A stretch of DNA of 24,267 nucleotides from a virus (lineage: Duplodnaviria > Caudoviricetes): the IMG/VR virus record IMGVR_UViG_3300020043_006355, positions 1-24,267 of that record, one strand, 5' to 3'. The translations under genes and the position numbers were made by a program. Positions within the stretch are counted from its first letter, which is position 1, and every line of letters begins with the position of its first letter. The notes below the pieces were generated by a model. It did no database searches. It was given only the letters and a program-made list of their open reading frames with translations, and was not told the origin of the DNA. Shown piece by piece: positions 1-8,927 of the stretch.

Positions 1-197
1 GATTCGCCTATCAAATCAAAACTTATGTGGTGAGTCCATAGAAGCGCAACGAAGACAATAAGCCTCAAACCAATTACAATAACATGGCGAAACGTTGCCT
101 TACCATCGGGCGTAACATCTTTATGTTTTACCTCGATAAAGTACCAGTGTAGTGGGCACTCGGCAACTATGAATAAAAGCCAAAATATCCAGATCAT
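1..197 (-). CDS. Membrane protein, 3'-truncated by the window edge (not in ORF track)
   Basis: ATG at 197 overlaps the TGA of 194..514 (ATGA coupling); reads MIWIFWLLFIVAECPLHWYFIEVKHK...VIVIGLRLIVFVALLW with no stop before base 1; two hydrophobic segments. Confidence 0.7.
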   Translation of the reverse strand, partial: MIWIFWLLFIVAECPLHWYFIEVKHKDVTPDGKATFRHVIVIGLRLIVFVALLWTHHISFDLIGE

Positions 198-514
198 TGC
201 TCTAACTTTTTGTGAGCGTTACGGCTGAAAAACATAATTATCAATACTGATATTGCGCCTATAATAATGTTTACTCTCTCATCATAAGTAACATTAACGC
301 CTAACTTTTCGGTAATTGTTGGCCACGCGAAATCGCCTAACAATGCAAGGGCTATAGAGCCAACAAAGCCAAGAATAATATACTTGTCGTAGGTATGCCA
401 GAACTTTGCCTTATCAAATGGCGCGTCTGTGTCGAACTTGAAGTAATATACCGTTACTTGAACGATCCACCCTACAAGGGCGTAACCGATAGCTAAAAAA
501 TAGTTGATTTCCAT
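194..514 (-). CDS. Three-TM membrane protein, holin-like
   Basis: 106 aa, three hydrophobic stretches and a charged C-terminus (RNAHKKLEQ); lies just after the fibre locus where lysis genes usually sit. Holin function is inferred. Confidence 0.5.
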   Translation of the reverse strand: MEINYFLAIGYALVGWIVQVTVYYFKFDTDAPFDKAKFWHTYDKYIILGFVGSIALALLGDFAWPTITEKLGVNVTYDERVNIIIGAISVLIIMFFSRNAHKKLEQ

Positions 515-526
515 AATGTAAAGTTA
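512..526 (-). promoter_or_regulatory. Bacteroidota-type -7 box variant abutting the start codon (leaderless promoter)
   Basis: Minus strand TAACTTTA-CATT-ATG; near-identical to TAAATTTA-CATC-ATG at 9375..9389. Confidence 0.55.
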
Positions 527-598
527 GTTAAGTTTTATTTTTTCGTTTCCAAAGTAACTAAGTGCCGGAAGTAAAAAGAAGAAGAGTAGTTTTTTCAT
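524..598 (-). pseudogene. Orphan signal-peptide mini-ORF (24 aa, MKKLLFFFLLPALSYFGNEKIKLN)
   Basis: ATG at 598, TAA at 524..526; first 17 nt identical to the start of 2499..3722; no passenger domain. Confidence 0.6.
582..598 (+). repeat. 17-bp direct repeat copy 1 (aagagtagttttttcat); copy 2 at 3706..3722
   Basis: Exact match read from the sequence; both copies encode the signal-peptide start MKKLLF on the minus strand. Confidence 0.85.
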
Positions 599-603
599 AG
601 TGT

Positions 604-2502
604 CTATGGGTGTTTAAAAAGTTCTATCAACGTTAACTTCGGTGAGCCTGAGTAAGTATAAACAGTGAAGTTGCTCGTCAAACTCGTATGTGGAATGCTG
701 GCAAACTCTATAAACCCAACGGCTGAGTTAATAGAAGCGTAGTTCATCCGCTTCTCAACGCCATTAATAGTTACTGCTGGCTCTTGAGCTGTGCCGAAAT
801 TCGCTACACCATTACTTATGTAAAACCGTATCGTGTACGTGCCGCTGGCCATGTTGGTGAAGTTGAATGTGCCAAACGGAAAGCCGGATAAACTCATGCC
901 GCTATTGTTAGCCGTTAAAGAAAACCCTCCGGTGTGACTTCTCCTGCCGCTACCAACCACGGCCATTCCACCACCGGCAGGCGATGTAACTTCAACCAGA
1001 TCTAACGTAGTGGAGTTGCCATCAAAATCTATCATGTTGCTGGTAGTGGTAGAATTGGCATCGGTGGCTATGTCCACGTAATTGCCACCTGCTGCCTGGC
1101 CGCTTGAATGAAAGTTGATTACCCAACGCTGACCGGCCCCATCAATAGCAGCTTTCAATGTGGCAAGTCTGTTTTCTAATTCTGTCTTTTGATACCCTGC
1201 ACTAAGCGTGGCCACTTGCCTTGCTGCATGGCGATAATCAATAATATCTTTCTCGGTACCATACCTGCGCTTCTCAGCTTGCTCTACAAATAATCTGGCT
1301 CGCTCAAGCGGGTCTTTGCTGTACTTCAATAAGAAGTCTGCGTAATCCATTAGCGCAGTACCTGTGCCGCCATTGCGGTATAGACGATTGTATAGTAAGT
1401 CATCCCATAACTCCCAGCTATGCGATGAGCCAACAAACGGCCCCGGCCAATTCAAAGTATAGGGTGGTTCGTTAGCGGTTGATAAAGTGGCTGTATAAGT
1501 AGGTATAGTATTACCAAGCGTAGCATCTACTGTGGCATGAACATGAAGTCCTCCTATATCGGTTATGTTAGCCACTGTAAAGGTACCTCCATAACCTGCT
1601 GTACCCGTAACAATAGAAGCTATCCCGGCCTCAACTCTTCCGGCTGCTGCACTGGTGAATACGGTACCTAACTTAACATCAATCCAAAATTGGTAACGTG
1701 TTTTGGTTAGAGATGTATTTGCACCATCAGCCATTTGTTCAATGGTCTGCCTGCCACCGCGCGATATAGCCGCAATATGAAATCGCTTCGGATTTACCGA
1801 AAAGTTATTCCACACATACGTTACCATGTTATCGAAGTAGGCACGCTCCAGATCGTTGTTGCTGTTGATGTTCTGAATCGCAATCAGAATACACCTACCG
1901 TCCAGACTATCTCCAAGATTTATAAAGCGTGGTAAGCCTTCTGTTATCATGGTGCTTTCAACCATGTTGTAGGTAATGGTATTACCTGCCTGACTTGTTG
2001 GAAAAGTTACCGATATGGTCGGTGTGGTATTGGTATTAGGATTGTCAACATTGAAGTTAGTGATTGATCCGGTTACTCCTCCGGGGCCGGTTATAGTTCC
2101 ACCTGCTTTTGATCGCGCTACTTCAAAGCCATTACGAAGTATTCTTACTGAGCCAGTCATTAATCGGAATAAGCTACCCGTGCGCGTATGCGTGTAGGTA
2201 AGATCATCGCTTGTACTCATTGCCTGAGCTGTAAGCACATTGGTGTTGTTACCACTGGTGCCATCACCACCGAGAAAGAACACAACGGGCCATCCACCAA
2301 GAGGAGGATTGTTTACATTGTAGGGAGTGCGTACAAACGCATTGGCATTACCATCAGGCACGGCAATGATTGTTCTAAACCAGTCCGATTGAAACGGTTT
2401 TTCAATTGCTTTAATAGCAATCTGATCCCTGCCTCTTACAAGTGCGTTCTTATTCTGACCGAGAACAAGGAAGGGAATCAGTAAGAGAACTACTAATCTC
2501 AT
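604..2502 (-). CDS. Exported alpha/beta-hydrolase (esterase/peptidase-like) with C-terminal beta-sandwich domain
   Basis: Signal peptide MRLVVLLLIPFLVLG|Q; WPVVFFLGGDG (cf. YPLLIFLHGxG), VNPKRFHIAAISRGG (cf. VDPxRIYLTGLSMGG nucleophile elbow), HVHATVD (candidate Asp), SHSW (candidate His); beta-rich C-terminus starting WVINF. Confidence 0.65.
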   Translation of the reverse strand: MRLVVLLLIPFLVLGQNKNALVRGRDQIAIKAIEKPFQSDWFRTIIAVPDGNANAFVRTPYNVNNPPLGGWPVVFFLGGDGTSGNNTNVLTAQAMSTSDDLTYTHTRTGSLFRLMTGSVRILRNGFEVARSKAGGTITGPGGVTGSITNFNVDNPNTNTTPTISVTFPTSQAGNTITYNMVESTMITEGLPRFINLGDSLDGRCILIAIQNINSNNDLERAYFDNMVTYVWNNFSVNPKRFHIAAISRGGRQTIEQMADGANTSLTKTRYQFWIDVKLGTVFTSAAAGRVEAGIASIVTGTAGYGGTFTVANITDIGGLHVHATVDATLGNTIPTYTATLSTANEPPYTLNWPGPFVGSSHSWELWDDLLYNRLYRNGGTGTALMDYADFLLKYSKDPLERARLFVEQAEKRRYGTEKDIIDYRHAARQVATLSAGYQKTELENRLATLKAAIDGAGQRWVINFHSSGQAAGGNYVDIATDANSTTTSNMIDFDGNSTTLDLVEVTSPAGGGMAVVGSGRRSHTGGFSLTANNSGMSLSGFPFGTFNFTNMASGTYTIRFYISNGVANFGTAQEPAVTINGVEKRMNYASINSAVGFIEFASIPHTSLTSNFTVYTYSGSPKLTLIELFKHP

Positions 2503-3722
2503 CGTTCAATGGTATTTATAATGCCATTTATTACGGTTGCTGTTGTTGCAGCTGTTTGCGCAAAGGGAAGTAGACAGGCATCATCGTAAAGTAATACGCC
2601 ATCGCCACCACTCAATAAGGCTTCAAAGTTTAAGTTTGCTACAGATACCGGTATAGATGATACTCTTCGCCCAATAAATACAGAAGCGGAACCAGAAGTT
2701 AAAGTGGTATTAAGCGTAACAGATTGAATGGATTGAACACCGGTATCGCCAGCTTGAAGATTAAACCAAACCACTGTACCAATTACAGGCGTAGCCGGAA
2801 AGTTCATAGACACCGTGGCCGATAGCGTTGCCGTTCTGCCTGCTGTGCCTAAACTGTTGGTGTACGATATGGTTGAGTTGCTTACTACGGCTGCATTACC
2901 TAAAGCTGCTGTGGCATAAATTCCAATATAACAACCTTCACCATTGATTGTGCCGTTATCATCTCGCGGTGGAAGTGCAACGCTGTTTATAGTCTGAGCT
3001 GTTGTGGTGGTTACTACCAATCCACTGTTAACCCAAAGTACATCATATAGATGAAAAGCATGGGCGGTAGTCCCGCTCATGGTTACCCGTGATAAGTATC
3101 TGCTTTTACCTGCTCCCGCATCAGGGAAGGCCAGACAACCGGCATCAGCTACAGAGTTCCCATCCGTGGCCCTACCAGCTAAACCAGGAGTACCGGGTGA
3201 CCACGCACCCAACGCACCGGCATCTTTCCAATACCCGTACCAGTAAGCGGCTGCATCCGAAGCTGTACCAGTTTTAGAAAATGATTTTGATAAGCCGGTT
3301 ACTGTGCTGGTAGTAGCACCGCTCATGTACCAACCAATAGTGTTGTTGTAGTAGAGCGCTTCGCCCGGTTTTAAAACATACGGTGGAGTTTCTTCATACT
3401 CAGTACCTGCTATATCTACGTTTACGGTTATGGTGTTATTGGCAGAACCAATGTTGATAAACGTAGCATACTGCACCGTGCGCGTTGTACTTGCTGCCGG
3501 TGCCGCCAAAATTGTAGTAGTAGTGGCTGTGGTAATCTTACCAACTCCGGTGGTGGTTATACCGGCGCCTGAGCTGGTCTCATCGAAATAAGTAATGCGG
3601 TAATCAATACCCGAAGCACTGGTAGTGGTTAGCTCCAGATTGTGCGTGGTGTTGGTAAGTACAACCTGCCCATATCCGGCAAGGGATAGAAGCGATAAGA
3701 AAAGAAAGAGTAGTTTTTTCAT
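2499..3722 (-). CDS. Signal-peptide-bearing Thr/Ser/Gly-rich phage structural-like protein
   Basis: 407 aa; MKKLLFLFLSLLSLAGYG|Q; beta-rich composition typical of virion fibre/decoration domains; position in fibre locus. Confidence 0.6.
   Translation of the reverse strand: MKKLLFLFLSLLSLAGYGQVVLTNTTHNLELTTTSASGIDYRITYFDETSSGAGITTTGVGKITTATTTTILAAPAASTTRTVQYATFINIGSANNTITVNVDIAGTEYEETPPYVLKPGEALYYNNTIGWYMSGATTSTVTGLSKSFSKTGTASDAAAYWYGYWKDAGALGAWSPGTPGLAGRATDGNSVADAGCLAFPDAGAGKSRYLSRVTMSGTTAHAFHLYDVLWVNSGLVVTTTTAQTINSVALPPRDDNGTINGEGCYIGIYATAALGNAAVVSNSTISYTNSLGTAGRTATLSATVSMNFPATPVIGTVVWFNLQAGDTGVQSIQSVTLNTTLTSGSASVFIGRRVSSIPVSVANLNFEALLSGGDGVLLYDDACLLPFAQTAATTATVINGIINTIER
3706..3722 (+). 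repeat. 17-bp direct repeat copy 2
   Basis: Identical to 582..598. Confidence 0.85.
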
Positions 3723-3730
3723 TGTTATGA

Positions 3731-5530
3731 TTATTTGAATTTAAGTGCTTTTGATTGTGCGTAAGTTAAGCCAGAACCTGCGCCAGGCGGAGCAGCCCAG
3801 ACCGGAACCCCGCCAGATAGAGTTAATACATGGGTGTTGGTGCCTGCTGCTAATCTTGTAGTAGTATTGCTGCCATCTCTTATAATTATATCTCCTGCTG
3901 TTGTCATAGGATCAGAAAATCCACCACCTCCAGTGCTTGCAATAGTCACGGTACCCGCGCTACCGCTACCTCCAGTGGTAAGTGTGATACCAGAGCCTTC
4001 AATTAACTGAATGCTGCCACCGCTGTTTGAAAGTGTAACCGTGTGGCTTGTGGCATCGCTTGTATTGGTTATGGTTTGAAGCTCGTTGGTAGTGCTGCCA
4101 TCTACTTCAGTAATGACACCGGTATTGGTTAGCGTAATTACGTTGCCCGCTTCACCGATACTCAAACCTGTGCCCGCTGTAATGGTTACAGCTGTGCTGC
4201 CACTGGTGTTTGAATTGATAATGGAAGTTGTTCCGGTACCAGCTCCAACAGTAAGCGAACCTTCATTGCTTACTGAGCCATCTACTTCACTTGTTAAGTA
4301 ACTGCCCGCAGGTTGTATGCCAGCTTCAGCCAGAGTGTTGTTTATCCAGGCGCTACCATTCCACTTTAACAACTCTCCAGCACTATTTGAAGCAATGGTT
4401 ACGTTGCTATGGCTATCAAGCGTGTGCGCGGTTGGCGCATCGCCTACGTATTGAATATCACCATCTGTAACGGCTGTATTGAATTGCGCTTTGGTACCGG
4501 TGATGCCAACAATTGAAGTTTGATCTCCCGTATTCGTTCCGGTAATTGCAGCGAGCTTACTTTTCTCGGCAGTAGTGTAATCATTTAACGATAGCCCTGA
4601 GTTTGTTCCATTACCCAATGGTATGGTTGCATCAGTACCGGTATCGCTGGTTACAATTCCATTTGTTGATGAAGGTGTGAAGGCTAAGTTGGTTGCACCA
4701 CCTCCGGAAGGTTGGGAGGTTACAATACCATCTTCATCAATTACAAGGCTCCAAGTTTCAGTTGGATCTGCCGCAATTATTGGTAACCTTATATCATTAC
4801 CAAAATCAGCAACTAATGTGGGCTCGGTTTCACTAAAAGGGTCTTCCTCGTTTTGTTTGTAAAATTGTATTCTTCGATAACTCGATAGAAAAATTGAGTC
4901 CTTAAAAACCAACTTTGAGCCAAAAGTATTAAAGTCTGTTGAGTAAAACCCTACCCCATTGCCAACAGTAAAACCGTTAGTAGATAATCCTATTGGATCA
5001 GATGGACTTGTCTGGTTGTAGAACTCAACGAAATCATAACCAATATTTAGTTGCGATCCGTAGCTAACGTCTCCTTTCCAAACTTTTAAACCCCAGAGTT
5101 CTCCCCATTCCTCACCAAAGACCATTTTAATATTGGTAGAGTCTCCAGTAAAAAGAGTTTCAGTATCACCGAGTAAATTTGTTAAGCCTGATGTCTTCCA
5201 AAATAGCGTGGTATCCGCTGGGAAGAAGGCAGGCTTGCCGGTAATAGATGCCCAAGAGGTAGCTCCGCCTTTAGCCACCAAATCCAAATCTGCAGTTCCA
5301 TCTTTCCACCAATACTCAACTCCATTTACGTTAACAGTAAGTCCACGGTAACGAACGGCTGATATAACCTGAGTTATCGCTTCTGTTGTGTTGTCGTAAG
5401 GAGTTCCGTCACTTTCATAGTACCAGAAGTCCAATGGTTTAGGATTAACAACCTTAACTGGAAATGGCAACTCCAACTGCGCAAAGGCAAGCGAAGGAGT
5501 TAATAACAAAAAGAAAAATATTTTTTTCAT
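3731..5530 (-). CDS. Signal-peptide-bearing tail-fibre-like mosaic protein
   Basis: 599 aa; MKKIFFFLLLTPSLAFA|Q; fibre-type motifs SWASITGKP, TGTNTGDQT, GELLKWNGSAWIN, two EVDGSxxNE repeats, DPMTTAGDII...VLTLSGGVPVW. Confidence 0.7.
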   Translation of the reverse strand: MKKIFFFLLLTPSLAFAQLELPFPVKVVNPKPLDFWYYESDGTPYDNTTEAITQVISAVRYRGLTVNVNGVEYWWKDGTADLDLVAKGGATSWASITGKPAFFPADTTLFWKTSGLTNLLGDTETLFTGDSTNIKMVFGEEWGELWGLKVWKGDVSYGSQLNIGYDFVEFYNQTSPSDPIGLSTNGFTVGNGVGFYSTDFNTFGSKLVFKDSIFLSSYRRIQFYKQNEEDPFSETEPTLVADFGNDIRLPIIAADPTETWSLVIDEDGIVTSQPSGGGATNLAFTPSSTNGIVTSDTGTDATIPLGNGTNSGLSLNDYTTAEKSKLAAITGTNTGDQTSIVGITGTKAQFNTAVTDGDIQYVGDAPTAHTLDSHSNVTIASNSAGELLKWNGSAWINNTLAEAGIQPAGSYLTSEVDGSVSNEGSLTVGAGTGTTSIINSNTSGSTAVTITAGTGLSIGEAGNVITLTNTGVITEVDGSTTNELQTITNTSDATSHTVTLSNSGGSIQLIEGSGITLTTGGSGSAGTVTIASTGGGGFSDPMTTAGDIIIRDGSNTTTRLAAGTNTHVLTLSGGVPVWAAPPGAGSGLTYAQSKALKFK

Positions 5531-5531
5531 C

Positions 5532-6485
5532 TTAATTAGCTGTTGTTATTGAAAATGCATGGCTCGTTCCGTAAGCAACCCCTACATTCATTTCATAGAT
5601 ATTATAGGCTCGGTTTGTCGATCCGGCATCAAGCACGTTTACGGTTCCGGTCAAAATAAATTGAGAGGTTATATCTACATCAAGCGCGCTCGTGTCAATC
5701 ACGCTCGATATTGTAACTCCCGGAGGTAGTGCCACTACAAACTTCGTCTGTGTTGTTCCGGTATTAAGTGTAAATGTTGTGGCTCCGGTGTGAAATGCAT
5801 TTGAGGATAAGGCGCGTACCGCTGCACTGTTTGCCGGGCTACTTGCCGTTGGTCCAAAGAACCTGTAAAACCTTGCGGTCACTACAAAGTTGCTGCTATT
5901 GAATGTACCCGGTGGACTTGTATTATTACCTACACCTCGCCAGCTTTGTGTTGCTCCATTACTGTTTAGCTGTATTGTGGTGATAGTTTGCGCCTGAGTT
6001 CCATCATTAGATGTTCCAGCCAGTAGTGTAGATGCTGCCGTGTTATCGTAAATGTCAATCGTAGGAACGGTGCCCGAGTTTAAAGTTATACCCCATGTAA
6101 ATGTTTTGCTTCCCGATAGGGTAGTGCCAACCTCTACTGTAGTACTTTGCCCACTAACTGAGAAAGAAGTGAAAACAGGGTTAACATAAGGATATAGAAT
6201 ATCGTCTAACAAGTCCTGAATAGCGATTGGGGATGTTCCTAAGTTTGTTCCGCTTGCTATCCCTCCTACTGCCGCAAGGGTTACCCCTTGTGGGGTATAA
6301 TTACTGTTACCTAAAGTAGAGACTATGCTATCCAACATAGCCGCTAATCTGCCTTGACTTGCTGACTTTAATCTTATATTGGTGTTAATCCCGTTATAAA
6401 GCTGTGACTTAGTAAACTGACCAAAGCAATTTACTGACACAAAAAAAAAGGCTATTAAGCCGAAACGCCTAAAAGTATTTTCCAT
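5532..6485 (-). CDS. Signal-peptide-bearing Ig-like phage structural protein
   Basis: 317 aa; MENTFRRFGLIAFFFVSVNCFG|Q; YPYVNPVFTSFSV...TVEVGTT beta-sandwich-type segment; fibre-locus position. Confidence 0.6.
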   Translation of the reverse strand: MENTFRRFGLIAFFFVSVNCFGQFTKSQLYNGINTNIRLKSASQGRLAAMLDSIVSTLGNSNYTPQGVTLAAVGGIASGTNLGTSPIAIQDLLDDILYPYVNPVFTSFSVSGQSTTVEVGTTLSGSKTFTWGITLNSGTVPTIDIYDNTAASTLLAGTSNDGTQAQTITTIQLNSNGATQSWRGVGNNTSPPGTFNSSNFVVTARFYRFFGPTASSPANSAAVRALSSNAFHTGATTFTLNTGTTQTKFVVALPPGVTISSVIDTSALDVDITSQFILTGTVNVLDAGSTNRAYNIYEMNVGVAYGTSHAFSITTAN

Positions 6486-6745
6486 TTTGTTACGTCTGAT
6501 AATGTTGAACCCGGATTATTTACTAATGCAATTATCATAGCCCCAACAGGTATGATATTATTATCTGGCCCTAACAAGGTTGTGGTAGATGACACGCAAT
6601 TATAAGCATAACCTTTCTTAATTACGCCTGTCGGTGCCGCATTTGTATTGCCTTCCCAATCTCCAATTATTCTAAATTGCCCGTCATCTATTCGCATAGT
6701 ACCGCGCTGAGAAACTCCCGAACCTCCCGAAACCCTTACTCTCAT
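6455..6745 (-). CDS. Small fibre-associated protein
   Basis: 96 aa; IIGDWEGNTNAAP...KKGYAY resembles the GxWDAxTNxP...KGxxY fibre repeat; no signal peptide. Confidence 0.5.
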   Translation of the reverse strand: MRVRVSGGSGVSQRGTMRIDDGQFRIIGDWEGNTNAAPTGVIKKGYAYNCVSSTTTLLGPDNNIIPVGAMIIALVNNPGSTLSDVTKWKILLGVSA

Positions 6746-6746
6746 A

Positions 6747-7079
6747 TTATGATACTTTAAAAGTTCCGAATGTTATTAACTCCTGTTCGCTTACTGATAC
6801 CCCGTAGATTTCGTAATAGTATTCTCTTTGCTGAAGTGCATTAGTTTGCGCAACTGTTAAATTAAGAACCACTACGTTTTCACTGGTTGTAACTGTTGGA
6901 GAAAGTATTTCAGTAAATCCTTTCCGGTAAAAAACCTTGCAAACTATCGAACTATAAATAGTCAGATCGTATGGACTTCCATCATCATAAGTTACTTCCA
7001 CTTCGTAATCAATAGAAGACTTTCCTTTGTAAGCCTCAAGGTTTAGCTCGGCCCCTCGATATGTTTTAAAGGTCTTCAT
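6747..7079 (-). CDS. BppU-N-like Ig-fold structural protein (possible fibre anchor)
   Basis: 110 aa; PYDLT...VLNLTVAQT.AL...YYYEI...GTFKV pattern typical of this domain; sits between adaptor and fibre genes. Confidence 0.5.
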   Translation of the reverse strand: MKTFKTYRGAELNLEAYKGKSSIDYEVEVTYDDGSPYDLTIYSSIVCKVFYRKGFTEILSPTVTTSENVVVLNLTVAQTNALQQREYYYEIYGVSVSEQELITFGTFKVS

Positions 7080-7603
7080 CCCTTAAACATTTTAAATGCC
7101 GTTCCCCCAACATTTTCACTGCCAATATAAAGAGTGTAAGTAGTTTGGTTATGAAGTAAAAACTGCTTTGTCTGGTTAACATACGTCTGAGCATTGCTCT
7201 TCAACTCGTTAATAAGTTGCCTTAAAATCTGAGCGTCTACAGGCTGCGATTGGCTGACAACTTTTTGAACGACACCAAACCTTGTAATATTTGTGGAATG
7301 GTTTTGAATAAGCCTTGCTAAAGTGAAATAACCTAACATCGGTTTAATGCCATCGAAGTAAATTGTTTGCCCGTTGTACGAGTATGATTTACCGTTGATT
7401 AGTTCCTGATATGCCGTATACATATCGTCACCTGTATCGTAGAACTCATTCATAAGATCGAAGAAAAGACCATCGCCTAAAATTGGGCGCAAGTCCTGAT
7501 CCTGAGCCTCCAAACAGTAAGGCTCAAATCTAACCCCGTCTAATTCGGCTGTGGGCCGCAATAGCTTTAGATCATTTAATGTTATTAGGCATCTCTTCTC
7601 CAT
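7076..7603 (-). CDS. Head-tail adaptor-like protein (DUF6712-like)
   Basis: 175 aa, helical, directly after portal; EAQDQDLRPILGD..F..L motif recalled from Bacteroidota phage adaptors. Confidence 0.6.
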   Translation of the reverse strand: MEKRCLITLNDLKLLRPTAELDGVRFEPYCLEAQDQDLRPILGDGLFFDLMNEFYDTGDDMYTAYQELINGKSYSYNGQTIYFDGIKPMLGYFTLARLIQNHSTNITRFGVVQKVVSQSQPVDAQILRQLINELKSNAQTYVNQTKQFLLHNQTTYTLYIGSENVGGTAFKMFKG

Positions 7604-8927
7604 CTTCTACAAGCCAATCGTTTACGTCCTGTTCTGTAAATGAATACCCATTCTTAAGCAACTGTGAGGCCGCTGCAAATGTTAACTCCCCTTTGTTGAA
7701 TTTCCTAACTACCCTCTGAATATTTTGGAGTTGTTTTCCTGTAAGATTTTTTAGGTTGTCGTTTACTGCAGTTGGTGCGCTTGGGGACGTTACTGTTGTG
7801 GACTGCTTTTTGTAAACAAGTTCCTTAATCTTAAAATCGCTCTCTACAGGACGATACCAGTTAGAAAATATCTTTTTTAATGCTGAAGATATATCCGTTC
7901 GAAAGTCCCTTGTAATAGAATTGTAGTAGTAGTACTCCTCCTCTAATTGCTGCTGGTTAAACATTCCGGTCTCAGGAAGTACCCCTAAAATTCCTTTAGG
8001 CATTGCAAACGCTTCCATGATGGCGTTCTTGTCATCCTTAGAAATGAACTCGTGAATCTTGTCATTGTTCTGAAGTGTCAAAGGAGTTATTAAGTCCTCA
8101 GCTTTTTTAAGTCCGCTTTCATCCTCAATTACAATTGTAGAACCTGCGCCATGTCCTCCCTTAAAAGGATTTAACCCGTCTACAAACTCTTGCTCCTTTT
8201 GTTTGTTTTCAAATTTTCCCGGATAAGAAAATATATTTGCAGCATTCAATCCGTTTTGAATTGAGCTCAATCTAAATATCCCGATCTCTTCCTGAGTTTG
8301 TCCCTGATCTAACACTGTGTCAAACGTAGCCAGTGGGTACTGATCTTCAAGTGGAGTAACAAAGTAAACTTGTCCGGGGTAGCCTGTTCTTTTTTCAGAC
8401 CATTCTTCGATCTGACTTTTGATTAACTCTTTGTCTGGTATAAATTTAGGGTACTCTAAAATCCTCTTTGCGTTGGATATTTCTTTGTAAGGGTCTTGTT
8501 CCCAGTTAGAGTTAAACTTGTAATCGAAAACGTCCCCGTTTTCATCAGGTAATCCAAACCTCCAGTAAGCCATAGGCCACACGGATAGATTGTTATATTC
8601 TCCTAAAAGATTAACGCCAAGATGAACAACAAACGAGCCTGAATAAGTGGCCGCATCTATTGTTATCATTCGCAATACATCCTGTAATGTTTGGCCCTTT
8701 TGGTTTACCACAAGGCCAGCGAGTGACGGGTCTTCAAATCCTTCCCCTCTAAGAAACTTCTGCAACCGATCACAAGCTGACTTTATAGTATAAGAACGAT
8801 CCCTTATGCCCTCAACAATCTGAGGGTAAAGGTTGTTATGCGTCCACCATTGTATGCCTTCTGACCTATCTACAAAAGTTCGTAAACGCTTAATGTCCGG
8901 GTTATATCGCTGGACAAATACATTCAT
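7572..8927 (-). CDS. Portal protein
   Basis: 451 aa; N-terminal NNLYPQ...FLRGEGF, central IQNGLNA, and IMEAFAMPKGILG resembling the portal IxxAFxVPxxLLG motif. Confidence 0.8.
   Translation of the reverse strand: MNVFVQRYNPDIKRLRTFVDRSEGIQWWTHNNLYPQIVEGIRDRSYTIKSACDRLQKFLRGEGFEDPSLAGLVVNQKGQTLQDVLRMITIDAATYSGSFVVHLGVNLLGEYNNLSVWPMAYWRFGLPDENGDVFDYKFNSNWEQDPYKEISNAKRILEYPKFIPDKELIKSQIEEWSEKRTGYPGQVYFVTPLEDQYPLATFDTVLDQGQTQEEIGIFRLSSIQNGLNAANIFSYPGKFENKQKEQEFVDGLNPFKGGHGAGSTIVIEDESGLKKAEDLITPLTLQNNDKIHEFISKDDKNAIMEAFAMPKGILGVLPETGMFNQQQLEEEYYYYNSITRDFRTDISSALKKIFSNWYRPVESDFKIKELVYKKQSTTVTSPSAPTAVNDNLKNLTGKQLQNIQRVVRKFNKGELTFAAASQLLKNGYSFTEQDVNDWLVEDGEEMPNNIK

Noticed and set aside
604-6485. 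T9SS cargo, lipoproteins or DGR targets
   Set aside because: No T9SS C-terminal motif, no convincing lipobox, and no reverse transcriptase or template/variable repeat pair seen in the window.
6441-6485. Frameshift fusion of 6455..6745 into 5532..6485 via the T9 run
   Set aside because: The upstream gene stops (TAA TAG) before reaching the run.
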